Shown: positions 14,401-27,800 of the stretch, piece by piece
Layout of the letters: each line of letters starts with the position of its first letter
Position numbering within the stretch: position 1 is the stretch's first letter
Assembly: GCA_047495785.1 (NCBI GenBank)
Contig: JBLDXI010000032.1
Coordinates: forward strand, 4,216,001-4,280,000
DNA: 64,000 nt
Direction: 5' to 3'
Origin: Lepidodermella squamata
Lineage: Eukaryota; Animalia; Gastrotricha
Program-made: the position numbers and the translations under genes
Notes under the pieces: generated by a model
Databases searched by the model: none
Told to the model about the DNA's origin: nothing
Seen by the model: the letters and a program-made list of their open reading frames with translations, nothing else

Positions 14401-15895
14401 CAACTGTAACGGCTAGTCTGGGGGGTACCACCACCCGGCATTCTGCTGTCTCTGTAGCCCAGCAGAAAGCCCTCAGTTGTTGGCGGGGTTAAGCTAGGAA
14501 CTGTAGTGCTGGAGGATATGTATTTAGGGAAGGCGTCAGCGTAGACTGTCAGATTTGCTAGCGTTTTATCGTGGTTGACACTGACGAAATCCCAAATAGG
14601 GAACTTGAACAACGTGGCATTCACGCCTGGCCCGAATGCGTTATCAGGCGATCTGACTGTCACGATTGTAGCAGGATCGTTGCCGACAATCGTTAGACCA
14701 GTTTGACCGGAAGATGCCGATGTGACATACTCGAGAAGCGGCGCTTTAATAGCTGTCTGTGCCCAGAAGTTTATCGAAAAATCGCCTGATAACTGGGTGG
14801 AGGCTGGACAAGAGCCGCTAGTAAAGTTGAGATAAGCAGCGTTGAAGAATAGCGCTGAGCCCATATTGATGTAAGGTCCCCAGTCTGGCTTTATCGAACC
14901 TGTGCTGGGGTAAGCCGCAGCTCTACAGCCGTTTATGATATCGATATCCCGGTGGTAGGCTGTCAAAGGCCAGAATCCTTGCAAGTTCTCAGGTTTGTAG
15001 ATTGAGTACCGCTCTGAAAATAAAGTGAACTTCTAGATGGCTTTGAATGAAACATTTAATTACCCTTGGAAATGACTCGCCATTGGAAACGATAGCCGTA
15101 GCTGCATCCCATGTGATCTGAGGTGAAGACGACTCTTATATCGGCGCCATAGATGCGGAAAGCATCCATGAGAGTAGTGGTTTCTCCGTAGCTTACATAG
15201 CTCACCCAATTGTTGAGTTGCGAATCGCCGACGAAGAACTGTAACGAGTCGCCAACTCGTAGGTCGAACATGACGGGTACGAACTCGACCAAATCGGTCG
15301 ACTGATCAACGTCTATAACAGTGATGCATTGAACATTCGTCGGATAATGATCTGGGAAGAATGGCGATTGAATTTCGCCGCTTTTCGTCGTGTTGGCGAA
15401 TATGTAAGGTTGCGGGTAGAGCTGGCAGCCGAAGAACATGTGTTGGAAGGTGAATGAGAATCGCCATCGCGGCGTTCCAGACCAAGCCGAGTTGCGAGTC
15501 CCATCTGAGTACCAGTTGAATCTCAAATGACCTTTTGTCCGAAAATTGTTGATGAAGTTGAAATCGGTCCACGCGCCGAAATCAGCAACCCAATCCCAAG
15601 AAGTTCCCGACTGGGTCCATAGTGTGATTTTGTCACTCCAAGTTGAATAGTCAAACTGGTAGTCAATTACTCGAATGGAGACGTATTGCGTCGCCTTGTC
15701 GGGAACGTTTATCTGCAGCCAACAATTGCGATTGTACCCGTAAGCGCCGGGCCAGCCGTCGCTAGTAACGTACCCGTATTTTTCGTCATAGGAATTTATT
15801 GTCGTGTTCTGGCAGACGTTGAACGAATCGCCCTCTGTTGCTGTTACTACCATTAAGCCACCGAGGAGCAGAGGCAAGACGAGTAAAAAAGACAT
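8437..15895 (-). CDS. Secreted mosaic protein copy B (same architecture, about 9 exons)
   Basis: ATG at 15895 begins a hydrophobic signal peptide (MSFLLVLPLLLGGLMVVTA). ORFs 15056-16054, 12966-14984, 12215-12973, 9219-10739 and 8437-9231 show the same domain order as copy A, with GT-AG junctions between them. Confidence 0.9.
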
Positions 15896-16525
15896 TCCAG
15901 AAGAATGCGCAGGTCTGAATAAAATAACTACTGCAACCGCGCGTCTTTCTCGATAAAGAGCGGAAATTTTTTTGATGAGCTGCTTCCCAACAACTTCATT
16001 AGCGATTCGGCTTATCGGTTGATAGATAATACTTCGTGACTGAATAAACAGCAACGGATCGCGTCGTTAAGGCCGGGTTGATTTCTCGACACCAGCAATT
16101 GACACTTTTTTGTTCGCACCCCAAGCATTTCACATTTTTTCCGTACTTTAACAGGCGGCATCAAACAATTGAAACCAGCCGCCTAAATTATTAAATGCCA
16201 TGTGCTTATCTTTAAGCGTTAATTTGAACTGTCATCGAATACTGCCTGCCTGGAAACGCGGAACGCTATTACATGGACTTGTCCAGTATTTTACATGGCT
16301 GATAAAAAGTGAAGAACGCTGCGTTATCACCTTCCATCAGTGCTCATCGTCATTTCGCCCTTTCAGCGTCGGGGTTTTCGAGAGCAAAATAAGGCTGCAA
16401 TTTACAACTCTCGGACGTTTCAGGTGATTGCTGAATTGAAACTTGAAATCGGATTGTTTGCTCATCAAAATTATGGAAATGTCAACAAGTCGTATTCTAT
16501 TTGTTGGAACATTATTTCTAACCTA

Positions 16526-16974
16526 CCTTATTTTACGAATTATTAGGCAGGACCAAATTATAGGGCAGAACCGGAATAAAGGGCAGAGGGTAATGGTCAT
16601 TTGAAACAATAAAGGGCAGAACCGTATTAATAGGCAGGGCCTTGCATGAAGTGGCTTACATGAGCACCTGCTGGGTGAGTGGTTAGAGTTGGATAGGTTG
16701 AGATTTTTCGTCAGTGAGTGCACAAATCGCCCTTTATCCACCTTAATCCTCTTGAGCAAACACTTAACCCGTGTAGTCACAGGTGGAAGGCAGTAGCTAT
16801 AGTGGTTAGTGGTTATTCGGCGGTTTTGACTGTTGATCTAGGTACTCTTCAGGCGACTGATTAGGTTCGAAAAAATAAAGGGCAGAGCCGAAATAAAGGG
16901 CAGACCCTAAATACAGGACTTGAACCTGGTTTGAAAAAAATGCAGGGCAGGGTCTTATAATTCGTAAAATACGG
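16526..16974. mobile_element. Non-autonomous DNA transposon (MITE), Tc1/mariner superfamily, Tc2/pogo-like ends
   Basis: Left end TA|CCTTATTTTACGAATTATTAG and right end (reverse complement) TA|CCGTATTTTACGAATTATAAG form a 21-bp TIR with 2 mismatches. TA duplication at 16524-25 and 16975-76. Repeated subterminal AATAAAGGGCAGA motifs. No transposase ORF. Confidence 0.85.
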
Positions 16975-17130
16975 TACTTGAAAATTCTTCAATGAAGAAA
17001 ATGGAACAGATTTTATTCTGCATTGGTCGATTTCACAACACTCTCATTCAAATAACTGATGGTTCTTTTCGCGAAATGTTAATTCCCATCGCGTCGTAGC
17101 CAAAGCATCACGCGCGAAATATGATTTCTT

Positions 17131-20100
17131 TTACACCGGATTGACTCGTAGGATTCTCCAGCGCATAAAACCCAACCCGATCTCGGGGTTAGTCATGTTG
17201 CTGCCGTACATGCCTAATTTATCGCCGGCTAGCGATTCACCTGGGCGGTATGGGCCGGTCATCAAACCGTCGTGGCAACTTGGTGCTTGGTCGTACCACC
17301 ACCCCGAGAAAGCGAACAAGGGCAAACAGGCTGAATTAGCCGATGGCGGAGAATCTTTCGCTATGAACGTCTGATTTGACATTCTAGTGGTCATGACTTG
17401 ACCTTTATAGATGGTAATGCGGTAATTGTCGCTCGCAGATGACACGACCATCGGCGACAAACCTGATCCGTACAGAGACGCGGCTAATGTTCCATTCGCC
17501 GTTCTCCCATCGATTACGAACGTGTACTGAGAATTTTGAGTAAGTAGGGACATAGTTTCAAGGCCTATCCAGTACTCGCCGCTTGCAGATCCGAAAAATT
17601 GTTGATACTCCGCAAAATTTCGGTTGTTGAACCTAGTGACACCGTTCGTCCTCACAGCGAGCACTGTCCAGCTCCTGCTGTTAGGCAAATCTGTTTCACA
17701 AGCTACCGGGATCGCCATGGCGGTAGCTGTTGGCTGGATTAAATAAACTCCTTTACCGCGGTAATTATTTGCGATAATGACAGAACAATCTTGAGGCATG
17801 TAGCAAGATTTCAGCGGCTCCAGGCATCGGCAAACCAGCATATTCGTATGCGGCATGGTCACACAGCTCCTCGTCAGCGTGCATTGGGTCGAATCGAGGG
17901 TGCAGATATTTTTCAATTTCTAAAATGAAAACATTAACTAATGCATGGAATAGCGTAAAGAATTCACAGTTTCCAGAATAAAAAACGGAGATGCCACCCA
18001 TGTAACGGCTAAATTCGACGTTGAAGTGTTGAAATTTATCGGATCAGATTCAGGCACGGCGTCGTTCAGCTGGCACAGTTGTGACTGAGAGTCGAAGTTT
18101 ATCGACTTGCAAGTTCTGTTTGCTGTGCATAATTGCAGGCACTTGGCGTACGACACGCCAGTGAAGTTGGCTATCGAGTGTCTCGCGAATAAATAACCCG
18201 CCTGAGTTTGATACGAGTTGACCGCCGATCCATTGTTCGAAATTGGAGCTGATAATAAAAAGACTTTTAGCAAGCTCGAAACATAGCAAAAAAGAGTTAC
18301 TCGAGGGACAAGGTCCATCTCTGACGACAATATCATCCAACCCGAGTTCGGCATATTTATTGTTTGCCGAGTACTTGATTTTTATGCTGAAAGGCGCGCT
18401 CGAAGTGATTGTAGTAGATATTTTGCGCCATTCATAGCCAGTCGTTCCGCCTCGGATTCTCAACACTACATCATCGTTTCTCATGATGGAAAGTTGACCA
18501 ATCGATCTGCCTCGCAGGTTGTACCAGGCTTGGAAACAAACCGTCCCTCCGCCTGGGATCGTTGGGCTGATTAATTGTGCGAAATTGTTAGCTGTGCCTC
18601 CGATTCCGGGTGCGTAGGCGTAGAAGCCGCCAGCGTATGCGCCTGTGTTATCACCCTCAGGGCCGCTAATCGGCGTTCCAGGGGTTTTGCGTCGTATAAC
18701 AAGAAACTGCCGAGCGGCTTTATTGTCACTGTACCAAGCACACGTGTCACCGCGCTCGAAGCTGCATGAGAAAGAACGATCATGAGGGCAGGCGCCGCGA
18801 AGTACGACTACGTCATCTATGGCTATGTCACCTCGATCCCCGTTACCACGAATTGCTTCAAAAGTCATTATTTGAGGGTAGCTAAGCTGTAAATTGACCA
18901 TCGCCCGCAACCACGAGTTGAGTTGTGGACCGCTCCTGCTAAAAACCTCAACTTCACGGTAAGGCGGGAAGTTGCCGCCATAGGTAGATGACAGATTTTG
19001 CGGCACGTAGAAAACTCGAAGTCCACCGATGTCGCTTCCCCACATGTGATAATAGAAAGTGAGGCAGAAATTCCCAGCCGCAATGGGGGGCATATGAACT
19101 CGAGCCCTTGCACCAGGGCGAAGGCCGGTCGCTTCGAAATACAGGTAATGCCCACTCCCGCCAGTTGTTTGATCAGCATTAGGGCCAGTCATTCCATTAC
19201 CAGCTGGAGTCTCGCCTGAATTGCGGATCCAATCAGCATCATCAGTTTCATTTTGACGCCATCCACACGCTGCAATGCTGTTAGGCCCAGCCTCGAAGTC
19301 GCAGTCGACATACCCGAGGCACAAGTCAGTTCCATTCCTAACGTAGATATCGTCAATTTGAATCGTCCCGAATCTCTGGTAGTGCGTAGTACCGTCGGAC
19401 AGGCCGGTGCTGCTGGTGAAGGTCAAAACAGATGGCGTCTGGCTGTTGATTAACATTCGATGCTGTCGCCATGCTGGTAGCTGGTCACCCTGAACTGCGA
19501 ATAGGAACCTGCCGGATTGATCGTTGATGCGCAACTCGCCAGCGTCGTAGCCGAATTGGAAGTAGTTGAAGATGAAGCACTTCAACCCGGATGGGACAGC
19601 GGGTCCTGAAAGCCGCGTGACTCCACTCAGCGAGGCTCCTAAATCGTTGTCAGCGCTCAGGTAAGTGCCTTCGCCGGTGTAATCGGAAAGTGGGCCACTG
19701 CGGCGTGAAGTGGTGGCCAGTTCGAAAGATGTACAAGTCCATACATCATCAACTCCGTAACGCACAGGCCGCCATTGCGGCAAATTAAGATCAGTACAAT
19801 ACACGAAATTCGCGTCGTTGATAGAGTCTGTTGCATCTTGCCAGGTTGGCAAAGGAGGGTTGCCTTTCAGGGCGTAGTCTGCGTACTGAGCCTGCAACTC
19901 GAAGGTGCATGGGCCGTCGAACAGCATGACGTCATCGAACGCAACTTTGCCGAGTTCATCGCCGTCGCAAAAGTTGAAAATGCGAATGAGAATTCGGAAC
20001 TCAACGTTGTAGTTCAACTCAACCTGCCAAGTCCTCCACGTCATCGGCGGCCCATCGACAGCGCCGCTTACTGTCCATCCTGCTTTGATGTAAAAACCGT

Positions 20101-23100
20101 CGGTGACTATGCCGGAAAATATTTGCAATCTTTGATTTAGAGAAGTACGAAAATGACGGAAGCGGAAGCACACAGGGCCGTTAGGCTTCGCAACTGGGGA
20201 GGAGAAGTCTGTGTAAAGGCTCGTGCAAGTTGACGTCGCCTTCCCACCGGTCATCACGTAGTAACCGCGCGTGTCTAGGAAATAAAATTAATTTGAAAAT
20301 TAATCCTAAAACATATTTGAAAACGTACTTCCCAAGTTCCAGTCCCAGTTCGGCGCGTTTCTATTGACGTTGTTCGTCCACGGCCCAACAACCCCTGACC
20401 AGGTGTCAAGATCCATCGACCCTCCCGATATGGGGTCGCTACTGTCATCTGCTAAATTCCACCATCCGCACATGTGTTTATCGTCGAAAGTACAGTTAAA
20501 TGTAATGTATTGGGCTTGTAATTTGTCGAGCTCGCAAATCAAAGGGTAAGAAGTAGTTGTTATGCCTAGGAAACCGCTTGAACTCATAGCGATATTCGTA
20601 CCAGATCCAGGTTGGCTGGCTGCCCAGGCTGGAAATTATATTGTTAGCATGGTTATACCCACTAAAATTTCGTCATCTTTACGTAGGTATGTGATCGGGT
20701 ATCCATCGGCATCGACCCAAGTGCTGCCGCTCAGCGACGCGCCGAGAATAATTGTTGACGCGCCGATCATACCTTTAATGTAGTCAAACTCGGTTTGGTT
20801 CTCCGGCCGCGCGGGCAAGCCCTGAAATCTCTGCCGGCAATATGCAATCGCATTCGTGGTAGTTTGAGAAACCGTGAGAAGTCTAAAATAGCATTTACGA
20901 CCAAAATCCACCCAGTCTGGCGGACAAGGGGCTGTAAAATGAAAATAGCGCATTGCAATCTGTACGCGAAATTTGGCTTCTCTCTTACTCTTTGAGTCAC
21001 ACTGGCCCTCAGTCACCCGAATTTTGTCGATGGCGATGTCAGAATAAATTGTGGCACCGGTTGCCGCTGTGAAAACAATCTGATCCGGTTGGCTTAGGTA
21101 GATTGTTTTTGTAGCGAAGCGCCATTGATTCATTTGATTGCCAGTTCGAGTCCAAAACTGCTGTCCAGATTTGAACAACGAGGCAGTCAGGTAGTTCACG
21201 GGGCCACCCATGAAAAACCAAAACGAAACGCATCGCCAGCCCATCGGAATGACCGGAGACACCAACCGGGCTGTTTTACCATATAGGCCTACTAAAGCTG
21301 CGTTCAAAACGGCATACTGGTCGAGAGCTAGAAAATGTGATGTTGTATTTAATTAAGCCTAATAGCGTGAATATTTTGCTTTACCATCTCTTCGCTGCTT
21401 GGATATCCCGTATCTTGGCCCTGATGAGAACGATTGAAGGGTTCCAGTTGGAGTCGTATCATGCTCCAAAATCCAATCACCGTCGTCGTTCGTGTCTTGC
21501 GTCCATCCGCAGAAGTCAGTGTCGAAATCACAGCTGACCTCGGTATTAAGCCGCGTTTTCTCATTCTGCAGAGCCGAGTCCATCAAATAAGACTGGCACA
21601 TGCCCATAACTTGGCTGATCTCATCTTGCGTAAGATAACGCTGATAGATGGACAGACAGGCCACTTTTGCGCTAAGAATTTGCCCTCCATCCTGCCGTTT
21701 TCCGACATTGAAGCCAAAGTTAGTAGCTGCACTGGGTGTATATACCCATTCGCCTAATACAGATGCATCGCGCAACAGCGAAACTTTCCCCGCGAATGAG
21801 TCATATCGTGCTGTGACGAATTGCCATTGTTGCCAGTTGTAGCCGCTGACCGTCGGACCGTAGGTGCGGAAATAGTAGTACATAGTCGACGCGTACACCC
21901 ACCAATGCATGCCAAATGGAGCGCCAGGTTGATCGGCGGCGAGCAGGAACTCGATGAGCGGCCCGCCACTCGCATCCGCGTTCTTAACATAACAAGAAAT
22001 CGTCCATGACTTCGTTCCCAAATTAAGCCCAGCTGATGGGAAGTTGATGTAACTATTCACGTCGCCGCCAATGAGGAACGCTGTATTCGGAACACCGAAC
22101 GGGCCATCGGTTGGCACGACGAGGGATGACTTGGCCGTGCCGTGGAACTCGTTACCGCTGATGTCCTGGGTTCCGGTCAGCCCAGTCAATGGCCAAAAGC
22201 CGAGCAGAGTAGGGAATGTGACAGGCTTCCTATTGCCTGACAAACAAGCATTCATGACAGCGGTGATTTGGTCTGCGGTCAGAGCGACGCTGTACATGGA
22301 CAAGCAAGACATTTGACCGCGCCAGGGTGTCTTATCGCCAGGGTTGGCGTCAATGGCAAGGAAGAACCCTAGGTTGGGTTCCACCCCAGCAGGTCCCGCG
22401 GAATTGAAGATTTGCGAAAAGTATTTAACGCCATTTTCATAGCCAGCCATCTCCCCAGAGCGTCTATCGAACGTGACTGAATGAAACACCCATTGTGAAA
22501 AATCGTGACCACTGTCGATCCAAAGTGCCCCACTTGGGTTATTCCAACAATTGTTGTTGACGTGAGTTCTGTCGTATGTATCGTGTCGCAAGAAGCTGAG
22601 ACCCCCGCAGCCAGAAGGGGAGATAAACTGAAGTATAGCCATCCGAGTATGGACCGTTGACTTCAAATACACATTTATTGTATATGCGTCACGCATTGGC
22701 GCAAAATCGTAGGAGACCGTCCCCCATGCCCCAGTGGCGCCATTGAAATTGAGAGCGCTATTCGCACGATTACCGGGGCCTGTTGCGACTGATATTCCGG
22801 AAACCTGGCTGAACACGCCGTGCCGCTTGTTTCCACTGATATCTTCAAAAATGCTGTTGCCGTCATACCCGTCGAGCGGCCACCAGCCCATCAGGGTGTT
22901 CGGGGCGAATAGCTCGTATTGGCGCTGAATTTTGCTGCACATAATTCGAACCTGCGCCAACTCCTCAGCACTCAACGACTTGTTGTAAAAGCTAAGGCAT
23001 GACAGCTGCGAAATCGTAGGCACGCCGCCGAGCGCCATACGAGAATCACGATATGGCATAAGAAATCCTTTAGCTGTGTTCAATGTTGAGCTGGTTGCTG

Positions 23101-24513
23101 GTGTCTGATCCATCAGAATGGTGTCTTGATATCCTAAAAACTTATTTGCCGCTGAGTCCAGTTGCATGGATATGAATTGATATCGACTAGCTGAAGGCAC
23201 CGTCCAATTAACTATTCTGGCCCCAGTTTGCACGCCGTTGAACCAAGCCTTGCTTCCTTCGTAGTACCAGAAATGCGGGCCGAGGATACTGCTTGCAGGT
23301 TGATCAAGCCACTCAATTATAGGACCGTCTGCCTTTGAAAGTACGAAGAGCGACATAGAAAAACTGCCACTAAGCGTTGTGGCTGCGATGCATGTTGCGC
23401 TGGTCATGTTAAAATAGCCACCATTGAAGAACAAGGCGCCTCCTAGGTTTCCAAAAGGCCCCACAGTGGGTGTTATACCAGCCGGGTAAACAAGGGGCTG
23501 ACACCCGGAGATGATTTCGGTTCCCCGATGAGCGGCAGTGAGCGGCCAAAATGCCATCAAATTTTCAGGTTTGAAGATTGAGTATCGCTCTATAAATAAG
23601 AACGTAGTAAGCTCTATCTCGAAGATTCAACAAAAAATTTACCTTTACTAATTGCCCGCCAATAGATTTGGTAACCGTAGCTTACAGCGATGTAGTCAGA
23701 GTTGAAGACAACTTTAACGTCAACACCGTACAGGCGGAAAGTGCCTGGATTCTGCGACCAAGTGTTGTACAACACCCAGTTCCCCCACATGTTATCGCCG
23801 ACGTAAATGCTCAGACTATCGCCGTCAGCAACCTCGAACTGCGTCGTTAGAAATTCAACGGAATCTACAGACTGATCGACATCAATGATGACGGAGCATT
23901 GGACATTGGTTGGGTAGATATCCGGGAAGTAGGGTGACGATAAGACGCCGTGTCGTGACGTGTTCGGAAAAATGTACGGCTGTGGGCTGAGTTCGCAACC
24001 GAAAACTGCTCGTTGGTAGGTCCATGTCATGCGCCAGCGAGCTGCTTGAGCCCAGTAATGGCAGCAGTCTGTGCTCCACCTGAGCTGGAAATGGCCAACA
24101 TTGCGTTGACTGTTGAACCAGCCACCGCCTACGTGCATCCAAGTATCAACAAGCTGTTAATACACGTTATTGTCCGAATGGCCTAAAAATCATCGATTTC
24201 ATACCCAGTTGTAACCAGCGCCGGTGTTAGACCAGCCTTGAAGTCTGTCGCCACCTGTACCATCGTGATCCCATTCAAGCACTTGGAATGAAATGTAGTC
24301 AAAGCCTGGGTTGGCTACTTTGAATTCGAAATTGCACGAGCGCCCGTTGGCGTACGTGTTTGGAAAGTAGTCGCTCGTTATGTAGCCCCATTTTTCAACA
24401 GAAGCGTCTATTGATACAGGCGAACTGCAAATCGTGTAAGTATTACCAACCGCGCGCACTGATTCCAAAGCGGCGCTCAGGATTAGTATGAAAGATAAAA
24501 ATTTCAGCATCAT
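17131..24513 (-). CDS. Secreted mosaic protein copy C (same architecture, about 9 exons)
   Basis: Signal peptide MMLKFLSFILILSAALESVRA. ORFs 23614-24138 (CUB), 21359-23560 (3 LamG and MAM start), 20636-21307 (MAM/CTLD), 18050-20257 (MAMs), 17938-18354 (PAN) and 17131-17916 (EGF-like and FReD), linked by canonical introns. Confidence 0.9.
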
Positions 24514-24804
24514 TTCATCGCTCCAAAAATATGAGTGGAAAAGAAAAACTGACTTCAGATAGCCTCGCTCTCCCCTAAATTATTGAAAATGTAGCCGAGG
24601 GAAAGTTTCGCCTTGGAGAATCAGCCGCGGTATGATTAATTTAACATTATTTACTCTTTAAAGTTTCAACGAGGCAAAATGTCATTAATGCCCGTATATA
24701 TAAGTCTCTGCGTTTATTGTGCTTCTTAGTCAAATAGAAACTGAATGCGAAATTACATAACACACGGGAAAAGTCGTTTTTTCGCCTCGGCTTTTGTTGA
24801 ATTA

Positions 24805-27800
24805 TTATATCTGCGTAACACGCCATTTCATCCATGACAAGCCGGTAGCGCTATTGTTAAAGTCGCTGGCATACATGCCCAGCTTTCCGGTGGAAAGCGC
24901 CTCGCCCGGTCGATACGGCGCAGTTAGAATGCCGTCGACACAGTTGGGTGAAGCGCCGTACCACCAGCCAGAAAATGCGAAGGCGGCCAAACAGGGCGTA
25001 TTGCCCGAATCCTTAGCTTGGAAGGCCTGATTAGCCATTGTCGTAGTCATCGCGCCGACGGTTGACACAGTTATACGATAGCCATCGCTAGCTGGCGAAA
25101 TTACCAACGGCTGGTTCGTATTCCCGACAATCGATGTGAAATTGCTGTTGAAAAGGCCGCCATCGAACACATAGGTATACCTGAACTGGTTAGTCAACGC
25201 TGCCATCGTGTCAAGACCGATCCAATACTCGTGATTAGGCGAGCCGAAAAAGCCGCGATATTCAGCTAAGCGTCTGTTGTTGAACCTGAGTACTCCTGAG
25301 CTCCGCCTTGCGAAAACTGTCCAGCCCTTCTGATTGATCGTATCCATTTCACACGAGACCATAACAGGCTTGGATGTCGGAGACGGCTGAATTAAATAAA
25401 CTCCGCTAGATTTGTAACCATTAGCGTACAGAGTGGAGCAATCTTGCGGCATGTAACAGCTTTCATACGGTTGGGCGCAATTGCAAACGAGCATGTTAGT
25501 ATGGGGCATAGGCGAGCAGTTCGGCGTCAAAGTGCATGTTGGCGAATCAAGGGTGCACAGATTTTTCAGTCGCTGTAATTTAAGGATCTCATTAAAAAAT
25601 CTCAGATTTCGAATAGCCAACTTACAGTCTCAACTTGGACAAAAGATGATACCAGCCATGCGTGAGTAGTTGTTGCCACCGTCGTGTTGAAATTTAGCGG
25701 ATCGTCCTCGGCGATGTCATCATTCAACTGGCACAATTTCGAGGCTGAGTCGTAGTTCAAAGATTGACAGCTCGCATTTGCGACGCATTGACGAGCGCAG
25801 CCAGCAAAAGAGTCCGCCGTCGAGTTTGAAATCGAATGCAGTGCCAGCGCATAGCCTACTCGGGTGTTCGAAAATGATTGCATCATTGATCCATTATTGC
25901 CGCGAGCATCTAATAAATTAAGCTTAAAATGGATTCTGCCAATAAAAACGAGTCTAACCTGCTGGGCAAGGTCCATCCGTAACAGTTATATCATCCAGAC
26001 CTAGCTCAGCGAACTGTGAATTTGCAGTGTAGGTAATCTGAATGCTGAAAGCTGATAGGCTATTAGTGCCAATGGTGATGGTGATCCGCCGCCATTCGTA
26101 GCCGGTTGAGCCGCCTCGAAGCCGGTACACAACTTCGGAATTTCTCGAAATCGTGATAACCCCAGTCGATCGACCTCGAAGGTTGTACATTGCTTGAAAG
26201 CAAACCATTGTTGGGCCTCGAATCGACGGGCTGATCAGTCGGGCGAAAGAACCAGCCGGGCCACCAGCTCCGGGTGCGAAGGCGAAGTAGCCGCCGGCGT
26301 AATCACCCGTGTTGTCACCTTCAGGCCCCGTTATGGGCGAACCTGGCGTCTTACCCCTGCGGACTTCAAAGCGTCTAGCAGCCACGGGATCGTTGGACCA
26401 GGCGCAAAGATCGCCGCGTTCGAAGCTGCAGACGAATGAGCGATCTTGAGGGCAGTTCCCGCGCAAAACCGTAATGTCGTCAATCGCGATATCTCCCCGG
26501 TCTCCATTACCCCTAATCGCTTCGAATGTTATCACCTGAGGGTAGCTCAGCTGGAGCGGAACCATGGTCCGCACCCAATAGTTGACTTGGCTGCCATCTA
26601 ATCTCCAAATTTCGGCCTCTGCATAAGGCGGGAATGTTCCGTTGTACGATGTTGAAATGTTTTGAGGCACGTAAAAAATTCGAAGCGACCCGATGTCTGC
26701 GCCCCACATGTAGTAGAAGAACACTAGGCAATGGTTCCCAGCTGACATGGGCGGCATGTGAATTCTAGCCTTGGCGCTAGGTTTCATTCCGGTTGCTTCG
26801 AAATAGAGATAATGGCCTCTGCCTGAATTTTGATCAGCATTCGGGCCAGTGATGCTGTTCCCAGCCGGAGTTTCCCCGGTATATCGAATCCAATCGCCAT
26901 CATCGGTGTCATTTTGCTGCCAGCCGCAATCCGACAAGTAAGAGCTGTCGTCGAAATTGCAGTCCATGAACCCGAGGCATAGATCACTTCCGTTTCGAAC
27001 GTAGAAGTCATCCAGCTGAATCCCGCTCCAATACATCAAGTGGGTATCTGAGTCGTTCTGCCCAGCTGTAGTCGTGAAGTTGAGTCTAGTTGGATTCACG
27101 CTATTGAATAGAATTCGATGCCTCCGCCAAGCTGGGTACTGTCCACCCTGAAGGGCGAACAAATAACGCTCATTTTGGTCGGCAATTCTGAATTCCCCTA
27201 TGTCGTAGCCGAATTGGAAGTAGTGGAATATGAAGCATTTCAACCCGGCAGGAATAGCTGGACCTGAAATTCGACTTTGGCCTGATAGTGCCAGGCCCTT
27301 TGAATTGGTTGCATGCAGATATCTGTTTTCACCGGTGTAATCAGATTGAGGGCCGTTGAGTCGATATCCGGTGGGGAGATCCCAGGCCGGGCAAGTCCAA
27401 CTGCCATCTGTCTGCCAACCCTGAGCACGCCATGGGTTATATGTGTCACAACCTACAAAATTTGCGTCATTTATCGAGTCAACAGAGTCCCACCAGGAGG
27501 TGTAGGAAGGGCGCAGGCTGTTAGTTGACGGGCCACCGTTACCCATGAACAGCGGGATCGAGCAAGTACTGTTGAAAAGGACGATATCGTCTATTGCCTG
27601 GTTGGCGAAACCGTTCGAAGTGCACGTCTTCCAAATGCGAATGGTGAATCGGAAGTCGTTTTGCTGGTTGACCTCAACTTGCCAGGTGCGCCAAATTCTA
27701 TCGCTGCTCTGCGCGGGGTTGACGTAAGATGGCAGCATGCTTATCACGTTGCTACTGCTCAACCAGCCAACCATAACATCGATACAGTTGTAAATTGCGG

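Noticed and set aside
15896-16054. N-terminal extension of ORF 15056-16054
   Set aside because: It starts at a non-ATG codon, and the signal peptide begins at ATG 15895, matching the other paralogs.
16523-16780. 85-aa ORF inside the MITE as a possible transposase
   Set aside because: No DDE/D or helix-turn-helix features; it is translated subterminal repeat.
16560-16910. AATAAAGGGCAGA repeats as a CRISPR-like array
   Set aside because: Irregular spacing, too short, bounded by TIRs, and the context is eukaryotic.
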